Origin: a bacterium
GTDB taxonomy: Bacteria > Bacillota_I > Bacilli_A > RF39 > UBA660
Length of the DNA: 64,000 bases
Direction of reading: 5' to 3'
Assembly: GCA_963588075.1 (NCBI GenBank)
Contig: CAVAGO010000001.1
Location: forward strand, 15,753 to 79,752
In this document: in pieces, positions 35,702 to 45,815 of the stretch
Layout: every line of letters begins with the position of its first letter
How positions within the stretch are numbered: position 1 is the stretch's first letter
The notes under the pieces: generated by a model
What the model was told of the DNA's origin: nothing
The model's input: only the letters and a program-made list of their open reading frames with translations
Databases searched by the model: none
Position numbers and translations under genes: made by a program

Positions 35702-38700
35702 AATTTTCTAAATTGAGTTTGAGCACATTCAAGACTTTCAAATTCAATGCGCTTATTATCTGAATTATTAAATATGAAACGAACTACAAAATAATTACCA
35801 TATACTCTACGAAGTTTATCACTTATAGCAGTAGGATGTTCTTTAATATTATTACGAAAATAATTAAAGTTATATTGAGTTAGTTCATACCAAGGTTTTT
35901 TATACTTATTAAATTCATTAAGTTTATCAATATTAATATCTATATCATCAGTATCATTATCTTCATTAAATATACGAAGTATATCACCAGCATAAGGATG
36001 TTCTCTTAAATCAACAGGATTATTAATATTATCACTATAAATAGGAATATATATCTTACGCACTTTATATTTAATAAATTCAAGAAATTTAATAAGTTCA
36101 TAAGATTCATTAACCATAATATCAATATAACTATTATGAACTAATATAGGCTCATCACCAACTTCTTGTTTAGATACTAAATATAGACTTCTACTATCAT
36201 CACCCATGTGAGTATTAAATCTACCATAATTATATTCATTAGTAAATACATGAAGAGGACAATTAAGTCTATCATCATTATGTTCAGTTTGAAAATAACA
36301 TTTAGTTTTAGTTGACCAAGCATTATTAAAATAATAATCATGTAAACTAATAAAGCTACCAACTTTATAATTAAAACTTATTACTTCATTATGAGCTTCT
36401 TCAATAATAGTTTTACTAACAGGATTTATATTATCATATGTATAATCAAACTTAATTAAAATACGATTATTATATTTATCATGAGCAAATCTAACATTAT
36501 TAGGACGATACTTATCTAACCATAACTTTATATCTTCATACATTAATTTAAGTTGTCCATCATCAAATTGATAAAGAGTATGAAAATCGTCATTATAGAA
36601 TATATAACCAAATTCTCCAACTATATATGCTAAATCATCTTGCAATCCACCATATCCTTTATCACTAGTAAAAACTTCTTTATAATCAACTTCAAAAGCA
36701 TCGGGTTGATAAAGTTGTACATTTTCATCTCTAGTTTTAAGTGCAGCACTGATATCAAACATAAACATACTATGTTGAGTATGTACTAATAGATAATATC
36801 CAATACCAACAAGATTAGTAATTATTCCTTTATTTTCAGTAATATTTTTATAACCTTCAATAGGAAATACTCTCCAAGCATTAACTTCACTTTCATCTTG
36901 AATAATATTACTACGTCTTATAGTTTTATCAAAACGAGTAATATTAATAATATCATTACGATATTGAGTTAATAACTTAGGAACAAATTGGTCAACATTA
37001 CCAATAGGGTCTTTAAATAAATCAACACTATTTTTAGGTTCTACAAACGTACCAAATGCAACACTTTTTGTATCAGTTTCTTCTTTAATACTAAATGCTA
37101 TTTTACTAGGTTCATTATTAAAACATTTACTTTCAAAGAACTTATCGCTATAAAGAGGAAATTGAATATATTCAACAAAAGGTTTATCAAACCAACAAGG
37201 ATGTGTACCATCAATATAATAATAAGGAGTATTATCAGGTGAATATAATCTATAATCTCCTTCATTCATAATAACTCTATTATCATTATATACTAATACT
37301 CCATCATATGTCATTCTACCATTATATCCATGTTCAATAGAATATGTTCCACTAGAATAACGAACATCATTAAGTCTTATAAGTTCTTTTTCTTTATTAA
37401 TATAAATGTTTCTAGTACAATTAAGAACAGTAGCAAGAAACATAGTTTCAGCATCTAAAGAAAGTTCTTTATAATCATCCATTTCTAATGCTGTACCCTT
37501 TCCAGCTCTATCATCTGCGATACTATCAGCTACTACTAATTTATAATTATTAATAGGTTTATATACATTTCTACTTATTACTCCTATAACAGGCATATTA
37601 TAACTATATGGATAAGTAGTATTAACAACCATATCAACAACATCAGATTTTTCTCTAAATGGTTCAAATGTACATTTACCATCAATACGAATTATATTAA
37701 AATCATATTTAATAGTATCATCAATGTCAAATCTACCACTATATAGATAACATTTATCACTAGTATAATTATTAGAAACAAAACCTGGCTTAGCAGCATA
37801 ATTAGATTCTTGCCATGTAACATTACTAGCTATATTAGCAAAATCTTTTCTAGTTAATAATCCTGTATATCTAGTAATAGGTTCTACTTTTTCATAACTA
37901 ACAAACCAACCAACATAACCTAATTCTTTTATTTTATTCCAAAGATTATTATCAATATTAACATTAATATAGAACTTATTAAAGGTATCATTCATATTAT
38001 ATACAAAACCTCTAGTATGTTCTCCACCAATAGATTCAGACTTAAATATTAAATCTGGTATTCTAAATAGTTCATCACCATTAATATTTTCATAATAACC
38101 AAATTTAGCTTCATTATCATAATTGCCATAAATAATTTGATTACTAGTTGGAGTATAGCTACCACTATTTATAACTTGATAAACATATAAATCATTATAT
38201 TTATCTTTATCTTGATAGTCTATAAAATAATTAGAAATAAGAGTATATAAATCATCTCTATTAGTTGCTTCTAATTCGCCAGCACTATTAAGTAAAATAT
38301 TAGTTAAAGGATTATTAATAGGTTCAGCAGTATAAACTACAATTTTACTATCAGCAATATATTGTTTAACATTAGAACTAATACTAGATATTGGAATAGT
38401 TCCACTAATTACAACCCAATAAGGAATAGTACCAGCAGTACCATTAATCCAATCAACAGTTATTATAGTACAATGAGAATTATCATTTATAACATCATTT
38501 ATATATTTATCTTTATTAGATAATTTATATCCTCTACTAGCATCACCATACTTATCAACAAAATGAATAAAGAAATTATATACTTCTCCAGGAATAAGAG
38601 TATCATTCTTTTTACGTTCATTAAAATCATAAGAAGGATCAATTACACTATGAGTAATTCTCATTTTACAATTATCAATATCAAATTGAGCAGTTCCAAA

Positions 38701-40209
38701 TATTATAACTCCGCTAGTAAATACAGCATCTTCTGTAAATCCAACACCATTATAAGTATAACAAACAATTTTAACTTCACTAGGTAAACTATAACTAGAT
38801 ATATTATTTTCATACTTATAACTAGTAGGAATAATAAAACAATTACATGCTAAATATTCTTTAATATTAGCTCCGCCTTTAGAACCTACTTTTATTACAG
38901 TATTATAATTAACTTTTAAATATTCATGAGCAGCAATACCTTGAATAACAGTTTCATTAAGAAGAGTTTTAAAAGTACGAAAAGGATATTGATTATTATT
39001 AAATAGTTTAGTATAATCAGCTATTTCATAATCTACAGTTCCAGTAAATCCAAGACTAGCCATTTTAAAATAAGGTCCTTTTTCACTAACTGCATGTACA
39101 ACATTATAACTGTTATAATAAGCATTAACAGATTTATTTCTAAGTTTAATAACAATATCATTAACAGATTCTTCTAATGTTTTACCATCACTCAAAGTTC
39201 TATTATCATTATCACTTTTTTCATCATAATTAGCAATATATATTCTATTTTTATAATTAATAATGTTACCAACATTATAATAATTATAATAATCAGTAGT
39301 TAAATCTGCTATATTATATTCCACAAGTATATCTCTACTAAACTTAAAAATATTACTATTTAAATCATCAGTTCTAAAAGCTTGCGTACTATCTTTTTTA
39401 CATATAATAAGTCCTAATTGATAAAGTCCTGAACGACCACCAGTAATACTTACTTCAAAAGTTTGATTACATATATCTTTAGAATCACTAAAAGAATCAC
39501 TATTTCCATAGCAATATCCATTAGGGTCATCTTTAGGATCATAAACAAACTCTTTACGAAAACAAACTTTATTAATAACTTGTGGAATTATAACATCATT
39601 AAAAATAGGAAATCCAATACTATACCATTTAGTATAATTAGTCTTATCTATTTTATATCTAATAAACATAAAATAAAATCCTTTATAAGCAGCTCCACTA
39701 ACATAATTTAAATTACTAACTGTGGGTAAAGTTACTTGAGGAATAATAGACATTTCAGTATCAGGACTTCCAGAATCTAAATCAATATTAATAGTTTTAA
39801 GAGGAACATCAATAGAGGCATCGCTTTCAGCAACAGCAATTATAAGATGATTTTTAACATTATATGTATATGTTCCTTTAATCTTACCGCCGTTATATTT
39901 CCAATTACTATTTACTCTATAACAACTAGAAGATTCTTCATTATATCTATAAATATAAGATTCATTATTATCTACATTAATAACAAATAAAATAAGTTCA
40001 GTGCTAGTAGGAATAACACCAACTATTTTAAAATTATTAATACCATCTTCATGAATACTATTAGCAATTATACTACAATCTTCAAGCCCTTCTTCATTAA
40101 CAATCATCCTATCGTCATTACTTACTTTAACGTTCTTAGCAGCAACTAATGAATAAGGTACACAATCACCCGGATGTTTATTAAGACTAAGTTTCTTTTG
40201 TATATTCAT
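35698..40209 (-). CDS. large tail/baseplate-like structural protein, 1503 aa (function unknown)
   Basis: Uninterrupted 4.5-kb ORF with ATGA overlap to the downstream gene. Its Tyr/Asn-rich composition suggests a beta-rich protein. Confidence 0.75.
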   Translation of the reverse strand: MNIQKKLSLNKHPGDCVPYSLVAAKNVKVSNDDRMIVNEEGLEDCSIIANSIHEDGINNFKIVGVIPTSTELILFVINVDNNESYIYRYNEESSSCYRVNSNWKYNGGKIKGTYTYNVKNHLIIAVAESDASIDVPLKTINIDLDSGSPDTEMSIIPQVTLPTVSNLNYVSGAAYKGFYFMFIRYKIDKTNYTKWYSIGFPIFNDVIIPQVINKVCFRKEFVYDPKDDPNGYCYGNSDSFSDSKDICNQTFEVSITGGRSGLYQLGLIICKKDSTQAFRTDDLNSNIFKFSRDILVEYNIADLTTDYYNYYNVGNIINYKNRIYIANYDEKSDNDNRTLSDGKTLEESVNDIVIKLRNKSVNAYYNSYNVVHAVSEKGPYFKMASLGFTGTVDYEIADYTKLFNNNQYPFRTFKTLLNETVIQGIAAHEYLKVNYNTVIKVGSKGGANIKEYLACNCFIIPTSYKYENNISSYSLPSEVKIVCYTYNGVGFTEDAVFTSGVIIFGTAQFDIDNCKMRITHSVIDPSYDFNERKKNDTLIPGEVYNFFIHFVDKYGDASRGYKLSNKDKYINDVINDNSHCTIITVDWINGTAGTIPYWVVISGTIPISSISSNVKQYIADSKIVVYTAEPINNPLTNILLNSAGELEATNRDDLYTLISNYFIDYQDKDKYNDLYVYQVINSGSYTPTSNQIIYGNYDNEAKFGYYENINGDELFRIPDLIFKSESIGGEHTRGFVYNMNDTFNKFYINVNIDNNLWNKIKELGYVGWFVSYEKVEPITRYTGLLTRKDFANIASNVTWQESNYAAKPGFVSNNYTSDKCYLYSGRFDIDDTIKYDFNIIRIDGKCTFEPFREKSDVVDMVVNTTYPYSYNMPVIGVISRNVYKPINNYKLVVADSIADDRAGKGTALEMDDYKELSLDAETMFLATVLNCTRNIYINKEKELIRLNDVRYSSGTYSIEHGYNGRMTYDGVLVYNDNRVIMNEGDYRLYSPDNTPYYYIDGTHPCWFDKPFVEYIQFPLYSDKFFESKCFNNEPSKIAFSIKEETDTKSVAFGTFVEPKNSVDLFKDPIGNVDQFVPKLLTQYRNDIINITRFDKTIRRSNIIQDESEVNAWRVFPIEGYKNITENKGIITNLVGIGYYLLVHTQHSMFMFDISAALKTRDENVQLYQPDAFEVDYKEVFTSDKGYGGLQDDLAYIVGEFGYIFYNDDFHTLYQFDDGQLKLMYEDIKLWLDKYRPNNVRFAHDKYNNRILIKFDYTYDNINPVSKTIIEEAHNEVISFNYKVGSFISLHDYYFNNAWSTKTKCYFQTEHNDDRLNCPLHVFTNEYNYGRFNTHMGDDSRSLYLVSKQEVGDEPILVHNSYIDIMVNESYELIKFLEFIKYKVRKIYIPIYSDNINNPVDLREHPYAGDILRIFNEDNDTDDIDINIDKLNEFNKYKKPWYELTQYNFNYFRNNIKEHPTAISDKLRRVYGNYFVVRFIFNNSDNKRIEFESLECAQTQFRKL

Positions 40210-40211
40210 AA

Positions 40212-41108
40212 TTATTTAGGAAAAGTAAAGTTATAAAAGAACTCATTCCAACCACTATCATCATCACTTTGTTCATCTAATAAAATACTAGTCTTAATAT
40301 CTTTCTTCATACTCTCCCATAGATAGAAAGGATTAGTTCCATATTGACTAGCAGAAAGATTAAACACAGGATGTTTATATCCTCTCATAAGCATACGAGC
40401 CATACAATAATAAGTAAGACCTTGAATTAATTTACCATTAGCAGGTATAACAGGAATTTCACAATGATAATTATCACTATATTGAGTTTCAACATCTTTA
40501 TAAACAACTGTTATACAAGTATCATTAAAATTAAGTTCAATAGTATTACCTCCAATAAGAATATAATTATGATTTGACTTATCATATCCTCCACGAGGGG
40601 TCTGACAATGAGAATGAACTTCATGCTGACATCTTAGACATTCAGTATTATTATGAACTGTATAAACAACAGGATTACATCCTACTTTACCAGTATCAAT
40701 AACTTCTCTAGTTCTAGAACCATTAGGACAACAATCATCGGGCATACCAAGATAGTCTTTATTAGTAGCACGCTCCGGACTTTCGTCCTCCGCTTGACCC
40801 CCCGTAGAGGATGGAGCAGATTCAGTATCACCACATCTATATTTACTAGTATCAGCTCTAGGTACTTCACAACCATTACTATCATATACTTTAAGACCGT
40901 CATCAATAAGACAACATTTACTTTTAGCTATCTTATTAATGACGGTTAGTTTCATTTTCTTATCAACTTTACGAAGAACTTTAAGTTCATTCATAGCATC
41001 AACACACCAAGCAGGAACTCTAGGAATCCAATCACTTCCATCAGGATTGAAATCATTATCAAGTTTACCAATTATATGTTCTATCGTAATCGTTTTATTA
41101 TTTGCCAT
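40212..41108 (-). CDS. structural-module protein with Cys/His-rich insert, 298 aa
   Basis: ATG at 41106-41108 (MANNKTITIEH) is chosen because the upstream 40 codons overlap the preceding gene. A Cys/His-rich segment (7 Cys) is bounded by two GC-motif copies. Confidence 0.65.
   Translation of the reverse strand: MANNKTITIEHIIGKLDNDFNPDGSDWIPRVPAWCVDAMNELKVLRKVDKKMKLTVINKIAKSKCCLIDDGLKVYDSNGCEVPRADTSKYRCGDTESAPSSTGGQAEDESPERATNKDYLGMPDDCCPNGSRTREVIDTGKVGCNPVVYTVHNNTECLRCQHEVHSHCQTPRGGYDKSNHNYILIGGNTIELNFNDTCITVVYKDVETQYSDNYHCEIPVIPANGKLIQGLTYYCMARMLMRGYKHPVFNLSASQYGTNPFYLWESMKKDIKTSILLDEQSDDDSGWNEFFYNFTFPK
40585..40606 (-). repeat. GC-motif copy, G-type with 1 mismatch
   Basis: tatcctccacgaggggtctgac, read as QTPRGGYD. 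Confidence 0.8.
40768..40818 (+). repeat. GC-motif copy, long form, A-type
   Basis: gcACGCTCCGgactttcgtcctccgcttgaCCCCCCGTAGAGGATGGAGCA. It starts with the same ACGCTCCG as the reverse complement of the 10117-10161 arm. Read as SAPSSTGGQAEDESPERA. Confidence 0.85.
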
Positions 41109-41112
41109 AATA

Positions 41113-42075
41113 TTAGTTTTTATATCTAGTTTTATTACCATTATTATGTGCTCCACGTTCATACTTTTGTTGATTAACATTTCTAATATATTTAAATGGA
41201 GCATTAGGTTCTCGTTCAAGATAAACAAGAAGTTTACTTCTTAATCCTAATTTAAGATTAAAAATATCATCAACAGTTTTACATTCAGAATTAAGTTGTT
41301 TAGCATCTTTACCTCTAAGTTCTCTATTAATATAATTAGCATACTTAAATTTAATAGCACTATAACTATGAGTTCCATTATTAATAAGTTGTATTTCATA
41401 AAACTCTTTATTAGTTTTATAAACTACATAAGGAATACCATCATACTTAAGTCCACGAATTTTATATATTTCTGCTTCTTCTTTATCATAAGGTTTAAGA
41501 CCAGCATCAATAATTTCTTGTTTTTTAAGTCTAGTAGCGTTCCAATCAACATAAGTATCTCTAGGTTTATCTCTATATCTCCAGAAATTAATAACTAAAT
41601 CACCAATTTCATATTTAAAATGATAAGCGTAGCCTTCAAGAACACATTTATGAACACCATAACTATAATACCTATGAATGTACTTTTTATAATCAGAAAG
41701 ACTTAATTCAGAACGTCTTGTAGCAAGTTTAAGAGCAATAATATAATCGTTTGCTTTTTTAGCTAAATTACAATAACGCAAAAGTTGGAGAAGAACAATA
41801 CGTCTTTCTCCAACTGTATAACTAAGTTGATTATTAATTAATTGCTCTAACTTATTAATTAATTCAACATTATCATTAAGAAATTGAAACCCATATTCAT
41901 TAAGATTAATTTTTAAATCATCTTTAATAACTTGATTTTTACTTTTAATATAAGCACGACAATCAGCTTTCATCTTATTTATAAGTTCAAGTTCTTTATT
42001 ATATTTTGCCATATCGTCATTAGAAGTTTCAATAAACTTTTTATAATAATGACTAATATCTATATCTTTAATCAT
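41113..42075 (-). CDS. hypothetical structural-module protein, 320 aa
   Basis: Uninterrupted ORF, tightly packed with its neighbours. Confidence 0.7.
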   Translation of the reverse strand: MIKDIDISHYYKKFIETSNDDMAKYNKELELINKMKADCRAYIKSKNQVIKDDLKINLNEYGFQFLNDNVELINKLEQLINNQLSYTVGERRIVLLQLLRYCNLAKKANDYIIALKLATRRSELSLSDYKKYIHRYYSYGVHKCVLEGYAYHFKYEIGDLVINFWRYRDKPRDTYVDWNATRLKKQEIIDAGLKPYDKEEAEIYKIRGLKYDGIPYVVYKTNKEFYEIQLINNGTHSYSAIKFKYANYINRELRGKDAKQLNSECKTVDDIFNLKLGLRSKLLVYLEREPNAPFKYIRNVNQQKYERGAHNNGNKTRYKN

Positions 42076-42078
42076 AAT

Positions 42079-42801
42079 TTATCTAGTTACAAAATTATCA
42101 ATAGGAGTTTCATTTGTTTGACGAGGAACTTCAATAAGATTACGTTTAAATACAATCTCTTTAAGAGCTCCAATCATATCTTCAGGAATAAGAAATTCAT
42201 CATCATCGTATTTAGCTTCATCATCAATAGGGTCATAATTTACATCTTTAGCTTTTTCAACAGTTTCGGTAGGAACAAGATAAGGAATTTCAAATGGAGA
42301 TTCAATAATAATAGAACCTATATTTTGAAACCAATCTTTATTATTACTAAAGAAATAAATGTAACCATTAATATAATCATAAACAGGAAGATTACACATA
42401 CCTGCAAGATAATGATAAAACTTAGCACTAGCTTCTTTTGCAAATGGTATTTCTATCCCAGTATGTCCGGTAGTTCTAATTGATTGGAAAGGTAAGTTAT
42501 TAATAAGTCTAACTGGCTTTGGAACTTCTTGTTTAGTACGTTTAATTGCAGGAAGCCCAAGAGTTTGACTATTATATAAGTCACCATCAGGAACATTAAT
42601 AATAGAAACACGAATACGTTGCTGAATACCTTTATCAACATATTTATGATTTTCATAACTTTTACGAATTAGTTCATTACGACCATGAAGAATAGCATAT
42701 CGAAGATTACGTCTAAGAGGAATACTATTAGGATTGCCAACAGCATGAGCAAATTCACTAACTAATTGATTAAGACTAGCCATATTAAGATTGACTTGCA
42801 T
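42079..42801 (-). CDS. hypothetical structural-module protein, 240 aa
   Basis: Uninterrupted ORF whose start overlaps the upstream gene's end. Confidence 0.7.
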   Translation of the reverse strand: MQVNLNMASLNQLVSEFAHAVGNPNSIPLRRNLRYAILHGRNELIRKSYENHKYVDKGIQQRIRVSIINVPDGDLYNSQTLGLPAIKRTKQEVPKPVRLINNLPFQSIRTTGHTGIEIPFAKEASAKFYHYLAGMCNLPVYDYINGYIYFFSNNKDWFQNIGSIIIESPFEIPYLVPTETVEKAKDVNYDPIDDEAKYDDDEFLIPEDMIGALKEIVFKRNLIEVPRQTNETPIDNFVTR

Positions 42802-43066
42802 TTTCTAATTGATGAACTCTTTGTTCAAGTTCATTAATCTTATTAGAATATGTTTCAACTTTAGTTTTAAGTTCATTAACTGTTTCAGCTAATTCGTTAT
42901 GTTTTTGTGTTATAACTTTAACATCTTGTTCAAGTTCAGTATTATTAGTATAATCAACAATAGACTTTAATAATTCAATTAATAAGTTTCTATCTTTATT
43001 AGATATATCACTATTTAAACAGCATATAGTTCTAATAATATCATCTTTAAGTTTATCTTTAGTCAT
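42785..43066 (-). CDS. small coiled-coil protein, 93 aa
   Basis: Heptad-like sequence ELEQDVKVITQKHNELAETVNELKTKVETYSNKINELEQRVHQLE. Confidence 0.55.
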   Translation of the reverse strand: MTKDKLKDDIIRTICCLNSDISNKDRNLLIELLKSIVDYTNNTELEQDVKVITQKHNELAETVNELKTKVETYSNKINELEQRVHQLENASQS

Positions 43067-43198
43067 AATATATTATGTTTTAAGTTTATTATATTTAATA
43101 TTATAATAAACTGTTGCAGGAGTAGTATCAAGAAATACAAAAACAGAAAACAAATTAATTAACCAACTACTCCTAACAACAGTTCCACGTGGACTTAT

Positions 43199-44659
43199 TT
43201 AATCAAGTTTAACTGTGGTAAAGAAGCCGACATTAGCAGAAGAATCCGACCGAATACAATGAGAATAATAGTCACCAGAGCCAGCCTTAGAACCGTAATC
43301 AGCGCAACCGCCAAGCAGAAGCACACAAACAGCTTTATCTGTATCTTGTCCATCATTACCTCTTTTCAAATTATAGTCAGCTTTTTTATTAGTTCCAACT
43401 TTATTAGGAACAAAATAAGGACCAAATCTAAAATCAAATTCAGTAATAAAATTATTAGTATTAGCTTGGTCACCTATAAAATAACATTTATCTTGAATAT
43501 TATCTATTGTAATATCAGAATGATTAACACCTTTTTTTAAGAAGATAAACACTATTATAATTTGTATCTTTATTAATAATAGCTACATCTCTAACAAATG
43601 TCCATATATCACCAAAGAAATTTAGAATACCACGATAAACAGCAGGATAAGTATTTAAATTACTTCCATCTGCATTATAATTTCCTAATTCATAATGGTC
43701 ACCATTTGTACTACCATTACCAATATTATGTTCAGCAGTCCAATAAGTTTGTACAATAGGATTATTACCATTAAAAGCTGTCCATCTTTCCCAATTTAAA
43801 TTAGTAACACCAGCACCAAGACCACCTTGTTTAAATCCTTCACTAGTTAAATTAGTATTTAATGCAGCTTGATTATCAAAATTAGCATACTCAATATAAC
43901 AAAGAGCCTGTAAAGCACAATATTCAAGATAATCAATCATTGTAATCCAATCGCCACGATTAGCACAAAACTCATTAGCTTTATCATAACTAATTTCAGT
44001 TCTAGGTCTACCTTGCAATTTAGTAGCAGCAATAGAAGAACTTTTATTTCCTCCTAAATATCTAGTATCGTCATGTTTAATACAAGCACTAAACACTTCT
44101 TCTTTACCATCTTCTCTAGTTCTAGTCATAGTTTTAGTATGACTTATAATAAAAGGATGAACTCTAGTAAATGTTCCATCAATATTAAAATCACTTATCC
44201 AAAGTTGATATTTAGTACCAGTATCTTTAACACACATATAAAATTCAGGAACTCTTACCCCAACATCGCCATCACTTCCATCAAGAGGGGAATAAAACCA
44301 TTTTCAAGAGGTTTAGCCCAACCCGTAGGATTAAGGAAATAACTGATTTTATTTTCATTATAGACACAACCTTTAAGTCTATTTTGAATAGGAAGTTCTC
44401 TATGAAATTTAGCATTACCAATTCTAATTATATCATTATTATCTTTAGTCCATTCAATACCATAAGCAGCATTTTCAAAAGTAGGAATAAATGCAGCAGA
44501 ACCCCAAGCCGGATTACCTTGTTCATTAATAATTAAACTGTCTCCTTTAGATACTCCATCTAAATTAGGAAGATGTTTAAGTCCTTCTGCAAGTTCATTT
44601 AGTATATGCTTGTTAAATCTTAACAAACCATTATACATTTCTACTAAATTAAAATTCAT
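43199..44659 (-). pseudogene. tail-fibre/receptor-binding-like gene with C-type-lectin/FGE-like fold (tentative), split into three ORFs by two single-nt frameshifts
   Basis: ORFs 44255..44659, 43524..44237 and 43199..43552 run consecutively on the same strand. The frame upstream of the 44237 ATG stays open to 44303 and reads KWFYSPLDGSDGDVGVRVPEFY-MCVKDTG. The second junction falls in a T7 run (43532-43538). ISYDKANEFCANRGDW...EYCALQAL and the C-terminal GGCADYG...ANVGFFTTV resemble FGE/CLec-fold proteins. Confidence 0.5.
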
Positions 44660-44660
44660 A

Positions 44661-45187
44661 TCAAGCTTGTTCTAGAGCATCAACTCTACCATCAAGAGAA
44701 TTAATATTATTAGTATTTTGATTAACTTTAGTTACAAGTTCTTGAAGAGCTTTTTGAAGAGCAGTAATTATAGCATTATTTTTAGTATCATTACTAGCTT
44801 TCATAGCATTAATCGCAGCAACTATATCTGTATTTGCTTTATTAATAGTAGAATTACAGTATCAAGTTTATTACCAATAGTAGTTTTCATACTATCAACA
44901 GCAGCTTTAATACTATCTAATTTAGCATCAATTTTATCAAAACGATTATTAAGAAGAGTTTGAGTTTCATCTGATTCACTTTTATGTTGATTTTCAAACT
45001 CATCAAATTCAGCTTTAACCATTTCATGTAATTCAGTAATCTTTTGACTAATTTCATCAAGATTAACTATAACATTATTTTCTCCAAGCTCATCATGTTC
45101 TTTATTACCAGAAATACTAAGTTTAAGATTATTAATAAGTTTATTAATAGCATCTAACTTATAATTAACTCTTTTATCATCTTCCAT
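44661..45187 (-). pseudogene. coiled-coil fibre-like gene split by one frameshift
   Basis: ORF 44822..45187 ends ...IGNKLDTVILLLIKQIQI-stop. The -1 frame is open over 44664-44861 and reads NSTINKANTDIVAAINAMKASNDTKNNAIITALQKALQELVTKVNQNTNNINSLDGRVDALEQA, continuing the same heptad-type sequence. Confidence 0.45.
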
Positions 45188-45268
45188 ATCTTTAGAATTT
45201 AGTTTGTTACAAATATAAATTATATTATTAATAACAAGTAGTTTAACAATATTATTAACATTTTTTAA

Positions 45269-45610
45269 TTAAGCAGTTTTAGAACTATTAATACCTAGAT
45301 ATTTAGTCCAAGTATAATGTTTACGTTCACTAATATAATTAAGATTATCATCATTAATATGAGCTTCTTCTTCAAAACTTACATCTTTATAAGCATCATG
45401 TTGTTTAATATGAAATAGTCTTATAATAAGATATTCAACACCATACCATATATAGAAAAAGATATATAACATCTCTTTCATTTGTTCTGTATGAATAGCT
45501 TCATGATTAAGTTCTTTATTACTTAATTCTCCTTTAGTAAATATAATACCAAAAAGATTAATAGCTTTATAACCATTAAAAGGAAAATGTTTAGTCTTAA
45601 TAACTCTCAT
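45269..45610 (-). CDS. small HExxH-motif (zincin-like) membrane-associated protein
   Basis: NHEAIHTEQMKEM followed by the hydrophobic stretch LYIFFYIWYGVEYLII. The ATG at 45608-45610 (MRVIKTK) is preferred over the GTG at 45667. Confidence 0.5.
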   Translation of the reverse strand: MRVIKTKHFPFNGYKAINLFGIIFTKGELSNKELNHEAIHTEQMKEMLYIFFYIWYGVEYLIIRLFHIKQHDAYKDVSFEEEAHINDDNLNYISERKHYTWTKYLGINSSKTA

Positions 45611-45685
45611 AACTTTACTATTTTGAAATTTAATATTGTAAATATTTATGTACGTCCATAGAGCCACTTTTTAGGCTTATAGTAA

Positions 45686-45815
45686 GACTTTTATTAAATC
45701 GTGTATAACTAATCAGCTAGGCTTAAAACTAGCCAAATTCGGCAAGCTATACTCCCCGTAGAGGATGGAGCAGGTTTGAATCAGTCAATCAAACCTAGCT
45801 AATCAATCTCATACA
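45686..45815 (+). promoter_or_regulatory. possible diverged fourth copy of the conserved intergenic module, interrupted by a GC-motif copy
   Basis: AGACTTTTat..., ACTAATCAGCTAGGC (compare ATTAATCGACTGATAGGC in copy C), CTTAAAAc, then the motif plus a hairpin, then AATCTCATACAATCTTA (compare TTCTCATTATATTATA). Its orientation is opposite to the flanking - strand genes. The similarity is weak. Confidence 0.3.
45746..45772 (+). repeat. GC-motif copy, A-type, intergenic
   Basis: gctatactccccgtagaggatggagca, immediately followed by an 8-bp hairpin aggtttga-atcagtcaa-tcaaacct (45773-45797). Confidence 0.9.

Noticed and set aside
43199-43330. Diversity-generating retroelement targeting the GC-richer C-terminus of the lectin-fold gene
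   Set aside because: The CLec-like fold and a GC-enriched 3' end are suggestive. However, no reverse transcriptase gene and no template-repeat copy of this segment are visible in the window. Checking would need a whole-genome search for a near-identical A-rich repeat plus an RT gene.
44278-44333. Motif-like strings ccatcaagagggg (44278-44290) and acccgtaggatt (44320-44331) next to the first frameshift site
   Set aside because: Each has too many mismatches or gaps relative to the consensus to be distinguished from chance.
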